Assembly (NCBI RefSeq): GCF_049243625.1
Contig: NZ_CP046975.1
Length of the DNA stretch: 32,000 bases
Direction: 5' to 3' (one strand)
DNA from: Corynebacterium amycolatum
GTDB taxonomy: Bacteria; Actinomycetota; Actinomycetes; Mycobacteriales; Mycobacteriaceae
Position 1 is the stretch's first letter. The number at the start of each line of letters is the position of its first letter. Both the position numbers and the translations under genes were made by a program. Below, in pieces: positions 5,378 through 15,001 of this stretch. The notes under the pieces were generated by a model. That model saw only the letters and a list, made by a program, of their open reading frames with translations. It did no database searches and was not told the origin of the DNA.

Positions 5378-7573
5378 TTAGCCCTGCCACTTCAGCCAAA
5401 CGGCGGTGTTGGCCGGCAGTACCAAATCAATCGAGTGAGCCTGGCCGTTCCAACCGTGCTCGACCGCGGTTACCGTACCGTTTTCACCGTAGCCGGAGCC
5501 CTCGTAACGTGATGCATTTGTGTTCAGAATCTCCGTCCATTGACCACCGCGCGGTACGCCAATCTTGTAGATTTCCTGCGTGGTTCCCGACAGGTTATAG
5601 ACGCAGGCGACGACCGAGCCATCGGTGCCGTAACGGACAAAGGACACAACATTGTTTGTGGAATCATCCGCGTTAATCCACTGGAATCCCTCTGGGCGGT
5701 CATCCTGGGTGTAGAACGCCGGGTTTTCCTTGTAGATGGCGTTGATGTCCTTAACCAGAAGCTGAATGCCGCGGTGGAATTCGCCGCCCCAACCTTCGAG
5801 GTTGTCCCAAGCCACGGACTCATCGTGGTTCCACTCGTGGTTCTGGCCAAGATCCTGACCCTGGAATAGAAGCTGCTTGCCCGGGTGCGCCCACATGAAG
5901 GTCAGGAAAGTACGTAGGCCTGCGGCCTTATCCCAGTCACCGCCCGGCATGCGCTCCCACAGCGAGCCCTTGCCGTGCACGACCTCGTCGTGGCTAATCG
6001 GCAGAATGAACTCTTCCGAGTAAGCGTAGACCATAGCGAAGGTGAGCTCATGGTGGTGGTAGGAGCGGTAAATCGGCTCCTTGCTGAAGTACTCCAGCGT
6101 GTCATTCATCCAGCCCATGTTCCACTTCATAGAGAAGCCCAAGCCACCGTGTTCGGTAGGTGCGGTCACACCCGGCCAGGAAGTAGATTCTTCGGCCACG
6201 GTGAGGAAGCCCGGGTTGTGCTTGTGTACAGTGGCGTTGAATTCCTGCAGGAACTGAACAGCATCGAGGTTTTCACGGCCACCGTACTGGTTCGGCAGCC
6301 ACTCGCCTTCATTGCGGGAGTAGTCCAGGTACAGCATGGAAGCCACTGCGTCGACGCGCAGACCGTCGATGTGGAACTCTTCCGCCCAGTACAGTGCGTT
6401 GGCATAGAGGAAGTTGCGTACCTCGTTGCGGCCGAAGTCGAAAACGTAGGTGCCCCAGTCGCGCTGCTCGCCGCGGCGCCAGTCCGGGTGCTCGTAGCAA
6501 GCCGTGCCATCGAAGCGGGCAAGTGCGAACTCGTCCTTCGGGAAGTGCCCCGGAACCCAGTCCATGATGACACCGATGCCAGCGGCGTGGAAGGCATCAA
6601 CAAGACCGCGGAACTGATCTGGGGTGCCGTAGCGGCTGGTCGGAGCGTAGTAGCCGGAAACCTGATAACCCCAGGAACCGGTGAACGGGTGCTCACATAC
6701 TGGCATGAATTCCACATGGGTGTAGCCCATGTCGACCACGTAGCGCACCAGCTTCTCCGCCATAACCTCGTAGCTCAGGCCCTGTTTCCAGGAACCCAAG
6801 TGGACCTCGTAGATAGAGATGGGCTCTTCGGCCCAGTCTGTGTTAGCGCGCTTTTCCATCCACGCTTGGTCGCCCCAGGTGTAGTCGGAGGTCGCAACGA
6901 TCGATCCGGTAGCTGGTGGCAGTTCCGCAGCACGCGCCATCGGGTCGGCCTTATCGCGGCGCTGTCCCTCCGGTGTTGTGATGGCGAACTTGTAGACATC
7001 GCCCTCACCAACACCCGGGATGAACAGTTCCCAGATACCTGCGCCACCCATAGAGCGCATTGGGTACTGCGCACCGTTCCACATACAGAAGTCACCGACC
7101 ACGGCGACGCCGCGTGCGTTCGGAGCCCAGACCGTAAACGAGGTGCCTTCGACCGTACCCAGCTCGGTGTCGTAACTGCGAAGGTGAGCACCGAGGACCT
7201 TCCACAGTTCCTCATGACGTCCCTCGCCGATTAGGTGCAGGTCACCAGCGCCAATAGTGGGGAGGAAACGGTAGCCGTCGGCACGCTCTACGGTTTCGCC
7301 GGAGTCCCACGTAATACGCAGGCGGTAGTCGAAGTCATCGCCGCCTGGGACGAGGGCGGTAAAGAAACCGTCGCCCAGGTTTTCCGCCTCAAATTCGCCG
7401 CGAGTGCTGACGATAGTAACTGTCTGAGCGCCGAAGACCCTCGTGCGAATTACCGTGTCACCGTCCACGACGTGTGCGCCGTAGATGCTGTGCGGATCGT
7501 GATGGGTGCAGTAGCGCAGGCGATCCATATCGCCGGAATCAATTGCGAGGCGGGGATCTGTGTGGGCTCCCAT
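5378..7573 (-). CDS. glgB: 1,4-alpha-glucan branching enzyme
   Basis: 731 aa. GH13 branching-enzyme motifs are present ([50 protein letters not shown]). Confidence 0.97.
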   Translation of the reverse strand: MGAHTDPRLAIDSGDMDRLRYCTHHDPHSIYGAHVVDGDTVIRTRVFGAQTVTIVSTRGEFEAENLGDGFFTALVPGGDDFDYRLRITWDSGETVERADGYRFLPTIGAGDLHLIGEGRHEELWKVLGAHLRSYDTELGTVEGTSFTVWAPNARGVAVVGDFCMWNGAQYPMRSMGGAGIWELFIPGVGEGDVYKFAITTPEGQRRDKADPMARAAELPPATGSIVATSDYTWGDQAWMEKRANTDWAEEPISIYEVHLGSWKQGLSYEVMAEKLVRYVVDMGYTHVEFMPVCEHPFTGSWGYQVSGYYAPTSRYGTPDQFRGLVDAFHAAGIGVIMDWVPGHFPKDEFALARFDGTACYEHPDWRRGEQRDWGTYVFDFGRNEVRNFLYANALYWAEEFHIDGLRVDAVASMLYLDYSRNEGEWLPNQYGGRENLDAVQFLQEFNATVHKHNPGFLTVAEESTSWPGVTAPTEHGGLGFSMKWNMGWMNDTLEYFSKEPIYRSYHHHELTFAMVYAYSEEFILPISHDEVVHGKGSLWERMPGGDWDKAAGLRTFLTFMWAHPGKQLLFQGQDLGQNHEWNHDESVAWDNLEGWGGEFHRGIQLLVKDINAIYKENPAFYTQDDRPEGFQWINADDSTNNVVSFVRYGTDGSVVACVYNLSGTTQEIYKIGVPRGGQWTEILNTNASRYEGSGYGENGTVTAVEHGWNGQAHSIDLVLPANTAVWLKWQG

Positions 7574-7658
7574 GGAAGGTCCTTCCGAAGCGTTTCTAGG
7601 TAGGTGAATGTGAAGTTGTTGAGTTCAGTGCTAAAGAAATAGAGGGAGGTAGGGGACA

Positions 7659-7726
7659 GTGGGCTGCTAACTCACCTGCCAGCCTAACGACGAATCGTTG
7701 CGACAGTGGCCAGGTCAGCGGCCCAC
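7659..7726. other. 68-nt three-tier imperfect inverted repeat in the glgE-glgB spacer
   Basis: The outer tier pairs 7659-7668 with 7717-7726 (10 bp, one G-T). The middle tier pairs 7674-7681 with 7707-7715 (8 bp, one bulged C). The inner tier is AACGA/TCGTT (7686-7690 with 7695-7699) closed by loop CGAA. Confidence 0.5.
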
Positions 7727-7753
7727 TAACCCCGAAAGTTCCCAGCAAGCGTT

Positions 7754-9784
7754 TTAGCCCTCGTAGTCGGGGACGTTGCGCCAAGCCAACTTGTGGCGGA
7801 GCTTGACATCGATTTCCGGCAGCTTGATGATGTGCGCGACGTTTTCCCACGGTGCCAGGCGGACGTAGTTGTCCTTGCCCCAGTTGAACTGGTTGCCGGT
7901 AATCAGGTCAGTGACATCCATGCGGTCGTGGTTGCGGAGCCCAATGCGATCCATGTCGAGGTGCACGGTAGCTTCCTGGGCATTCCATGGATCGAGGTTG
8001 AGAACAACGAGGATGGCATCGCCGGTGACCGGATCGTGCTTCGAGTAAGCCAGCAGGTTGTCATTGTCGATGTCGTGGAAGTGCAGGTTGCGCAGCTGCT
8101 GCAGAGCCGGGTGCTCCCGGCGAATCTTGTTCAGCGTGGCAATGAACGGTTCCAGCGAGTTGCCGGTCGCCAGTGCCTGGTCGTAGTCGCGGCTGCGGAG
8201 CTGGTACTTCTCGCTGTCGAGGTACTCCTCGGAGCCCTCCTTGACCGGGACATTTTCAAACAGCTCGAAGCCGGAGTACATGCCCCACAGCGGAGAAAGG
8301 GTTGAAGCCAGCGCGGCGCGGATAGCGAAGGCGCCACGGCCGCCCTTGACCAGGAAATCATGCAGAATATCTGGGGTATTAACCCATAGGGATGGGCGAG
8401 CGATGTCCGCATGGCGGGTAATCTCCTCGCCGAATTCGGTCAGCTCTTCCTTCGTAGTCTTCCACGGGAAGTAGATGTAGGACTGAGTGAAGCCAGCTTT
8501 GGCCAGGCCGTAGAGACGGGCCGGGGCAGTGAAGGCCTCGGCGAGGAAGATGACCTCCGGGTTGGTTTCGTGAACCGTTTCAATCAGCCATTCCCAGAAG
8601 TTGCCCGGCTTGGTGTGGGGGTTGTCCACGCGGAAGACCTTGACTCCACGCTTGACCCAAAACTTCACTACACGCAGAACCTCTGCGTACAGGCCCTTGG
8701 CATCGTTGTCGAAGTTCAGCGGGTAGATGTCCTGGTACTTCTTCGGCGGATTCTCGGCGTAGGCAATGGTGCCGTCCGGCAGCACAGTGAACCACTCCGG
8801 GTGAGCCTTAGCCCACGGGTGGTCCGGTGCACACTGCAGCGCTAGGTCGATAGCGACCTCTAGATCGCGCTCCTTAGCAGCCTTGATGAACTCCTTGAAG
8901 TCCTTTTCGTCACCGAGGCTCGGGTGGATGGCGTCGTGGCCACCTTCTGCGGAGCCGATAGCCCACGGAGAACCGACATCGCCCGGTTCCGGGGTCAGGG
9001 TGTTGTTGCGACCCTTGCGGTTGATTTCACCGATTGGATGAATCGGTGGCAGATAGACCGTGTCGAAGCCCATGCGCTGTGCGCGATCAAGCTGTGCAAC
9101 CGCGGTCTTGAACGTGCCGTGCAGCAGCTCGCCGTTTTCGCCGTAACCACCGTTAGAACGGGGGAAGAACTCGTACCAAGAGGAGTACAGGGCTTCGCGG
9201 CGGTCAACCTTGATTTTGCGGGTTTTTCCGCGGGTCAATAGGTCGCGTACCGGGTGCGCCTGCAAAATGGCGCGGGTCTCGTCGGAAAGCGCGGCTGCGA
9301 TGCGGGCGCGAAGATCGCCGTCGCCGCGCAGACCTGCGGCGATGGAACGTAGGTGGTTGCGGTGGATAGCAGCGGCACCAGCGGCGGCGCGGTCGAAGAG
9401 AGCGGCACCAATTTCTAGATCATTAGAAAGCTCAGCTTCGCTCTGACCGGCCTCGAACTTCTTGGTGATAGCGTTGCGCCATGTTGCCATCGGGTCTGAC
9501 CAGGCATCAATGCGAATGGTCCACAGTCCGGGGACGTCTGGGACGAAGGTGGCATTGACCTGATTTAGATCGTGGTCAGAAAAGTGCATTGGAATGCGCT
9601 GTGAGCGGGAAGCAAAAGCTGATTCCTTCGGCCCCTTAACGTTGAGCGTAGCGTTCATCGCGTCGTGGCCTTCTCGCCAAATGACGGCGAAGGTTGGGAC
9701 GACTTCACCCACTACGGCCTTCGATGGAGTTGCACCACCGTTGATTTGAGGACGGATGTCATCAATACCGATTCGACCAGTCAT
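7754..9784 (-). CDS. glgE: Alpha-1,4-glucan:maltose-1-phosphate maltosyltransferase
   Basis: The ORF is trimmed to ATG 9782-9784 (MTGRIGIDDIRPQ..., AGGAGA upstream). KAVVGEVVP...WREGHDA and the GH13_3 core (FRVDNPHTKP) are typical of GlgE. It lies upstream of glgB, as in mycobacteria. Confidence 0.93.
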   Translation of the reverse strand: MTGRIGIDDIRPQINGGATPSKAVVGEVVPTFAVIWREGHDAMNATLNVKGPKESAFASRSQRIPMHFSDHDLNQVNATFVPDVPGLWTIRIDAWSDPMATWRNAITKKFEAGQSEAELSNDLEIGAALFDRAAAGAAAIHRNHLRSIAAGLRGDGDLRARIAAALSDETRAILQAHPVRDLLTRGKTRKIKVDRREALYSSWYEFFPRSNGGYGENGELLHGTFKTAVAQLDRAQRMGFDTVYLPPIHPIGEINRKGRNNTLTPEPGDVGSPWAIGSAEGGHDAIHPSLGDEKDFKEFIKAAKERDLEVAIDLALQCAPDHPWAKAHPEWFTVLPDGTIAYAENPPKKYQDIYPLNFDNDAKGLYAEVLRVVKFWVKRGVKVFRVDNPHTKPGNFWEWLIETVHETNPEVIFLAEAFTAPARLYGLAKAGFTQSYIYFPWKTTKEELTEFGEEITRHADIARPSLWVNTPDILHDFLVKGGRGAFAIRAALASTLSPLWGMYSGFELFENVPVKEGSEEYLDSEKYQLRSRDYDQALATGNSLEPFIATLNKIRREHPALQQLRNLHFHDIDNDNLLAYSKHDPVTGDAILVVLNLDPWNAQEATVHLDMDRIGLRNHDRMDVTDLITGNQFNWGKDNYVRLAPWENVAHIIKLPEIDVKLRHKLAWRNVPDYEG

Positions 9785-9925
9785 AAAAGACGTTCTCCTA
9801 ATTGTCGGCGAGCTAGGTGAAAATCGAAGCAAAAGCCATCTCGAGTGAACTCGATTTGCTCTCTACCGAGGATAGTTGAGAATGTCCGAGCGCACATTTG
9901 GGCAAAGTTAGGGCACCATGGATGT

Positions 9926-10762
9926 GTGGCTGAATTGGAAGAAGACTTTAACGAAGATCTGTTAATCGACTTTCGCGACGTACACCTCATCCGTGGTGGC
10001 CGTACGCTGGTCGGGCCGGTGGATTGGCAAGTAGAACTTGACGAGCGCTGGGTCATCATGGGGCCGAACGGTGCAGGCAAGACTTCTTTAATGCGCATTG
10101 CCGCAGCGGAGGAGTTCCCGTCTTCAGGGGTGGCCCATGTGATGGGAGAGCAGATTGGTCGCACCGACATGCGTGATTTGCGCACCATGATCGGTTTGAC
10201 GTCGTCGTCGATTGCTCACCGCATACCCAATGATGAAAAGGTCGCGGACCTTGTTATTTCCGCCAGTTACTCCGTCTTGGGCCGCTGGCGTGAGACCTAT
10301 GAAGAGATGGATTTCGAACAGCTCTCCGAGATTCTCGAGCGCATGGGAGCTGAGCATCTTGCCGACCGCACCTGGGGAACTCTCAGTGAGGGAGAGCGAA
10401 AGCGCGTGCTCATCGCACGAGCCATGATGGTCAACCCTGAATTGCTGCTTCTCGACGAGCCGGGCGCTGGGCTCGACCTGGGCGGTCGTGAAGACCTGGT
10501 CGGTTACTTAGGCGAACTCGCGCTCGACCCGGATGCGCCGGCGATGGTGATGATTACGCACCACCCGGAAGAGATTCCGTACGGCTTCACCCATGCGATG
10601 CTCCTTGACGAAGGCAATGTCATTGCACAGGGGCTTATTGACGACGTCCTGACCAGTGAGAACCTGACCAAGGCTTTCCACCAGGAAATCGTCGTCGATC
10701 GCATCGATGATCGCTACTTTGCGCGCCGGGCACGGCCTGCTGGAAAGCACCGGAAGAAGTAG
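9926..10762 (+). CDS. ABC transporter ATP-binding protein with no adjacent permease (ModF/PhrA-like orphan ATPase)
   Basis: Walker A GPNGAGKTS, signature LSEGERKRV, Walker B LLLLDEPGAGLD and H-loop ITHH are all present. The start is uncertain. GTG 9926 gives a normal N-terminal length, while GTG 9845 (305 aa) is the longest option. Neither has a good RBS. Confidence 0.85.
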   Translation: MAELEEDFNEDLLIDFRDVHLIRGGRTLVGPVDWQVELDERWVIMGPNGAGKTSLMRIAAAEEFPSSGVAHVMGEQIGRTDMRDLRTMIGLTSSSIAHRIPNDEKVADLVISASYSVLGRWRETYEEMDFEQLSEILERMGAEHLADRTWGTLSEGERKRVLIARAMMVNPELLLLDEPGAGLDLGGREDLVGYLGELALDPDAPAMVMITHHPEEIPYGFTHAMLLDEGNVIAQGLIDDVLTSENLTKAFHQEIVVDRIDDRYFARRARPAGKHRKK

Positions 10763-10768
10763 ACGCTC

Positions 10769-11608
10769 ATGGCGGTTCCGACACCTGAAACTCCGAATAC
10801 GCCCGCGTCGCCGAAACTGGCAGCGACTGTATTGCTGCTCCGTGACACCCACTGCGGGCTCGAGGTCTACGTTCAAGAACGTGTATCCTCAATGCGCTTT
10901 GCGGCCAATATGACCGTGTTTCCCGGCGGTGGAGTAGACCGACGTGATTTCCCCGCTGTCGCGAATGAGGGCATGACCGTGACTGAGCCGTCGGAAGCCG
11001 CCCCCGAGTCGCGGATTGCACAGGCTTTTAACGTCGACCGCGCGCGGGCGCACGCGCTCACCTGCGCGGCCGTGCGTGAGACCTTTGAGGAAACAGGCAC
11101 TCTGTTGGTTCGCGATGCTGGCGGTGAGATTGTCGCAGATGGCCACTGCTTCCACCGTCAGCGACGACAGTTGGAAGCCCACGAGTTGTCATTGACGGAT
11201 TTCCTTAGCAATGAAAATCTGGTGCTCGATGCCGAACTCGTCAGTCCTTGGGCTAACTGGGTGACACCCGAGTCCAACCCCATTCGCTACGACACCTATT
11301 TCTTCCTCGCCGCGCTTCCCGACGGTCAAAGGGCCGACGGTGACACCTCTGAGGCGTCATCTTCGGGTTGGTTCCGCCCGACTACGATTTTGGATGGATG
11401 GCGCCGTGGGTTACTTGGCCTCATGCCTCCGACCTGGGCGCAACTGACTCGCTTGGACGGTGTCAGTACTGTGGCGGAGGCTCTCGAGGCAGCTAGAAAC
11501 ACTCCGGTGCGACGCACCAGTAGTGACTTCCTCGGGGAACCTTTTATGGATGAGTACTTTGCCGTTGCCACCCACATGGGGCATTTGCGAAAAGGTATGA
11601 ACCGTTAA
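10769..11608 (+). CDS. NUDIX hydrolase with an insertion inside the Nudix box
   Basis: 279 aa. FPGGGVD...AAVRETFEETGTLLV contains the REUxEExGU core. ATG lies 6 nt after the ABC ATPase stop. Confidence 0.9.
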   Translation: MAVPTPETPNTPASPKLAATVLLLRDTHCGLEVYVQERVSSMRFAANMTVFPGGGVDRRDFPAVANEGMTVTEPSEAAPESRIAQAFNVDRARAHALTCAAVRETFEETGTLLVRDAGGEIVADGHCFHRQRRQLEAHELSLTDFLSNENLVLDAELVSPWANWVTPESNPIRYDTYFFLAALPDGQRADGDTSEASSSGWFRPTTILDGWRRGLLGLMPPTWAQLTRLDGVSTVAEALEAARNTPVRRTSSDFLGEPFMDEYFAVATHMGHLRKGMNR

Positions 11609-11661
11609 TCGACTACTCAACCCCGCTAATCGGCTAACCCCTAATTGGAAGGAGATAACGA

Positions 11662-12846
11662 GTGTCCCTGTCCGCTGCAGAGGTGGCCGCTGTTGCGGCT
11701 CACCCGGAGTGGCTAGATGAGGCCGACCAACTCGCGCTTACTAAAAAGTCTCTGATTGCAGACTCCGCGCATCTACGCGGGCACTGTGGCGAGTTTGGTC
11801 GCGCGGTCATTGAAGTCGCAACAGCTCGGCGTTCGGCGGTCAGCAAACTGCCAGGGGACTGGATTTTCTCTTCCGAAGCAGCGCAACAGGCCACGCCCTT
11901 TGTCGTCGCGCTGGCTCGCGCTCGTAGGCTTTCGCATCTCGGTGTCGAAGCAGTGGCCGATGTGACCTGCTCCATTGGTACTGAAGTGGCAGCGATTGAC
12001 CACGAGGGTCTGACCGTTGTCGGGTCTGATCTCGACCTTGCACGGCTGGACATGGCGCGGCATAACGTCGGCAAGAACATCTTCGCGCAGGCCGATGCTT
12101 TGCAACCGGCCTTTGACGTACCTGTCATTGTCGCTGACCCTGCACGCCGTTCCGGTGGGCGTAGGATCACCAACCCGGAGGATTTGCTCCCGTCGCTGCC
12201 GGCGCTCATAGCCGCCTGGCCAGATAGAGAACTAGCTATCAAATGCGCGCCGGGGCTCGACTTCAGCGAGTGGAGCGGGGAAGTAGCTGTCACTTCGGTT
12301 GACGGTGCGGTCAAGGAGGCGTGTCTATATACGCCGGGGCTGGTCAGAGTTACCGAGGGGCAATCCGTAACGCGGTCGGCGATGGTTGTCCAGACCGTCG
12401 ATAAGCACAGGCCGTTAGAGTTGTCGGCGGTGAACGTGCAGACATACGACGACACCATGCCTGACGACATCGACGTACGGGCGGCCGGTCGGTACATCAT
12501 TGACCCGGACGGAGCAATCGTGCGCGCCGGGCTGGTGCGGCATTTTGCGGCGGCACATGGGCTGTGGCAGCTCGATGAACGGATTGCGCATCTTAGCGGT
12601 GATGCGTTGCCACAGGGCATTGCCGGGTTTGAAGTTATTGAGCAAGTGAGCTTGAAGCAGGTTCGCAAGGCGCTGGCGGCGTTGGATTGCGGGACGGCGG
12701 AGATTCTCGTGCGCGGTGTGGATGTGAACCCTGACGTGTTGCGCAAGCAGTGGAAGCTGAAAGGTGCCAGGGCATTGGCGGTGGTGATCACGCGTATTGG
12801 GCGGAGCGCGACGGCGTTTATCTGTGAGCCTCGAGAGGTCGGTTAA
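11662..12846 (+). CDS. Class I SAM-dependent methyltransferase with a C-terminal THUMP-like domain
   Basis: 394 aa. GTG start with GGAAGGAG 7 nt upstream. Motif I is VADVTCSIGTEV and motif IV is VIVADPARR. A long C-terminal extension follows. This family sits upstream of etfBA in Corynebacterium as far as I recall. Confidence 0.8.
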   Translation: MSLSAAEVAAVAAHPEWLDEADQLALTKKSLIADSAHLRGHCGEFGRAVIEVATARRSAVSKLPGDWIFSSEAAQQATPFVVALARARRLSHLGVEAVADVTCSIGTEVAAIDHEGLTVVGSDLDLARLDMARHNVGKNIFAQADALQPAFDVPVIVADPARRSGGRRITNPEDLLPSLPALIAAWPDRELAIKCAPGLDFSEWSGEVAVTSVDGAVKEACLYTPGLVRVTEGQSVTRSAMVVQTVDKHRPLELSAVNVQTYDDTMPDDIDVRAAGRYIIDPDGAIVRAGLVRHFAAAHGLWQLDERIAHLSGDALPQGIAGFEVIEQVSLKQVRKALAALDCGTAEILVRGVDVNPDVLRKQWKLKGARALAVVITRIGRSATAFICEPREVG

Positions 12847-13029
12847 GGACCGCGTTACGACGGAAAATTGGTGGGGGTAGCCTGTTGGGGATCGGTGTTT
12901 GCTGTTGGCGAATACCACGGAGACAACTGCGATCGGTTGCGTATTATTAACCTCTGACATGCGGAAATGACATGTTAGCGGGTGGGGTGGGCTCGTGGCG
13001 TGAGAAAAAATTTAAAAAAATAACGACAT

Positions 13030-13045
13030 TGTTATCTGGATCACC
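13030..13045. promoter_or_regulatory. CRP/GlxR-like operator candidate TGTTA-N6-TCACC upstream of etfBA
   Basis: TGTTATCTGGATCACC matches 8 of 10 core positions of TGTGA-N6-TCACA. It lies about 140 bp upstream of the etfB ATG. TGTTATCT recurs at 13066-13073. Confidence 0.3.
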
Positions 13046-13183
13046 TTCGCATTCCCGACAGGTTCTGTTATCTTCAACACAGACGACCTAGAGCGTGGCC
13101 TGGTTCACTTTATTGTGAGGTGGCTTGCGAAGTAAGGTCAGATAAACGTTCACCAGTAATCAACCAGTAAGGACGACAGAAAA

Positions 13184-13969
13184 ATGCCGAACATTGTGGT
13201 TCTGGTCAAGCAGGTTCCGGACACCTGGTCCGAGCGTAAGCTCACCGACGACAAGTTTGTCCTCGATCGTGAGTCTGCAGACGCAGTTCTCGACGAAATT
13301 AATGAGAACGCTGTTGAGGCTGCCCTGCAGCTGAAGGAAGAACACGGCGGTAACGTTACCGTCGCAACTGTTGGCCCGGATCGTGCCATCGAGGCACTGC
13401 GCAAGGCTCTGTCCATGGGTGCTGACGACGCCGTCATTCTTTCGGACGACGCACTTGAGGGCTCTGACGCAGTCCAGACTGCATGGGCTCTGTCCAATAT
13501 CATTGACACCCTCGAGGATGTTGACCTCATCATCACCGGTAACGCCTCCACTGACGGCGGCACCGGTTCCGTCCCGGCTGTCCTCGGTGTCTACCGCGAC
13601 CTCCCGGTTCTGACTCACCTGCGCTCTGTGGCTATCGAGGGTGACTCCATCACAGGTGAGCGCGAGGTTGAAGACGGCATCTACCAGCTCAAGGCATCCC
13701 TGCCGGCAGTCGTCTCCGTCACTGAGAAGGCAAACAGCCCGCGCTTCGCATCCTTCAAGGGCATCATGGCCGCTAAGAAGAAGCCGGTCACCGAGCTGAC
13801 CCTGGACGATGTTGCTGCTGAGGCAGAGCAGGTTGGTCTCGAAAACGCTGCTACCGGTGTCACTGGCTCCACTCCGAAGCCTGCTAAGACCGCTGGTGAG
13901 CGCATTAACGATGAGGGAGACGGCGGCGCCAAGCTGGCCGAGTACCTCAAGGCCCAGAAGTTCATCTAA
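13184..13969 (+). CDS. etfB: Electron transfer flavoprotein subunit beta (FixA)
   Basis: 261 aa. MPNIVVLVKQVPDTWSERKL... and the rest of the sequence are typical EtfB. Confidence 0.95.
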   Translation: MPNIVVLVKQVPDTWSERKLTDDKFVLDRESADAVLDEINENAVEAALQLKEEHGGNVTVATVGPDRAIEALRKALSMGADDAVILSDDALEGSDAVQTAWALSNIIDTLEDVDLIITGNASTDGGTGSVPAVLGVYRDLPVLTHLRSVAIEGDSITGEREVEDGIYQLKASLPAVVSVTEKANSPRFASFKGIMAAKKKPVTELTLDDVAAEAEQVGLENAATGVTGSTPKPAKTAGERINDEGDGGAKLAEYLKAQKFI

Positions 13970-14023
13970 GGCGCTTGACGCGAATAGAAGACAAATAGAG
14001 ATACAAGTAGGAGAAAGATCACT

Positions 14024-14968
14024 ATGACCGACGTCCTCGTTCTCGTCGAGCACGCAAATGGCGAGCTGAAGAACACCACCGCTGAACTGCTGACTGCTGC
14101 TTCCGCATTCGGCACCCCGGCCGCAGTTGTCGTGGGCACCCCGGGTACCGCTGCTGGCTTTGCAGAGACCCTGGCTTCCTACGGCGCTGGCGAGATTCTC
14201 GCTGCTGAGTCGGACGATGCCGCTAAGTACCTGATCACCCCTGAGGTTGACGTTCTCGTCGGCCTGGCCTCCGAGCGTGAGGTTCCGGTGCTGGTTTCCG
14301 CTTCCGCAACCGGCAAGGAAATCGCTGGCCGCGTTGCAGCACTGACCGGTTCCGGTCTGCTGTCCGACGTTGTTGCCATCAACGACGACGCTTCCGTTAA
14401 GTACTCCATCTTCGGTGGCGAGTACATCGTCGACGGTGTCGGCTACGGCGCATCCCCGGTCTACGCTCTGCGCCCGGGTTCCGTTGACCCGGAGGAGAAG
14501 TCCGGTTCCGCTGACGTCACTGAGATTGCATTCCCGGAGATCGGCAACAACGCTGTCGAAATCGTTTCCTTCGCACCGGCTGAGGGCGGCGACCGTCCGG
14601 AGCTGACCGAGGCTAAGCTGGTTGTTTCCGGTGGCCGCGGTGTCGCATCCGAGGATGGCTTCAAGAACGTTGTGGAGCCGCTGGCAGACGTTCTCGGCGC
14701 TGCTGTTGGTGCTTCCCGTGCCGCTGTTGACGCTGGCTACTACCCGGGCCAGTTCCAGGTCGGCCAGACCGGTAAGACCGTTTCCCCGGACCTCTACCTT
14801 GCTCTGGGTATCTCCGGTGCAATTCAGCACAAGGCCGGTATGCAGACCTCCAAGACCATCGTCGTGGTCAACAAGGACGAAGAGGCTCCGCTGTTTGAGA
14901 TTGCTGACTTCGGTGTCGTCGGTGACCTGTTCGACGTTGTCCCGCAGGCTATCGAGAACCTGAAGTAA
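14024..14968 (+). CDS. etfA: Electron transfer flavoprotein subunit alpha (FixB)
   Basis: 314 aa. The C-terminal FAD-binding signature is present (PDLYLALGISGAIQHKAGMQTSKTIVVVNKDEEAPLF). TAGGAGAAAG serves as the RBS. Confidence 0.95.
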   Translation: MTDVLVLVEHANGELKNTTAELLTAASAFGTPAAVVVGTPGTAAGFAETLASYGAGEILAAESDDAAKYLITPEVDVLVGLASEREVPVLVSASATGKEIAGRVAALTGSGLLSDVVAINDDASVKYSIFGGEYIVDGVGYGASPVYALRPGSVDPEEKSGSADVTEIAFPEIGNNAVEIVSFAPAEGGDRPELTEAKLVVSGGRGVASEDGFKNVVEPLADVLGAAVGASRAAVDAGYYPGQFQVGQTGKTVSPDLYLALGISGAIQHKAGMQTSKTIVVVNKDEEAPLFEIADFGVVGDLFDVVPQAIENLK

Positions 14969-15001
14969 TACGCACTTGCCGTAAGGCTGCTAGCAACTAC
15001 C

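Noticed and set aside
12415-12960. 181-aa minus-strand ORF starting in the etfB upstream spacer and running antisense into the methyltransferase gene.
   Set aside because: There is no RBS and no recognisable motif. About 80 percent of it is antisense to a supported CDS. The intergenic part (12847-12960) would encode only a nondescript 38-aa N-terminus.
12980-12991. G-quadruplex potential of GGGTGGGGTGGG.
   Set aside because: There are only three G-runs of at least 3, with no fourth run within a reasonable loop distance. A canonical intramolecular G4 is therefore not supported.
13160-14830. 556-aa ORF antisense to etfB-etfA. Similar long antisense ORFs occur at 5975-7234 (opposite glgB), 24860-26080 and 26111-26878 (opposite glgP), 28049-29401 (opposite gatA) and 11700-12791 (opposite the methyltransferase).
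   Set aside because: Each lies entirely opposite a gene with strong family motifs. Their translations are low-complexity (rich in Ser, Arg, Ala, Gly and Val) with no recognisable domains. Long stop-free antisense frames are an expected by-product of codon bias in GC-rich genomes.
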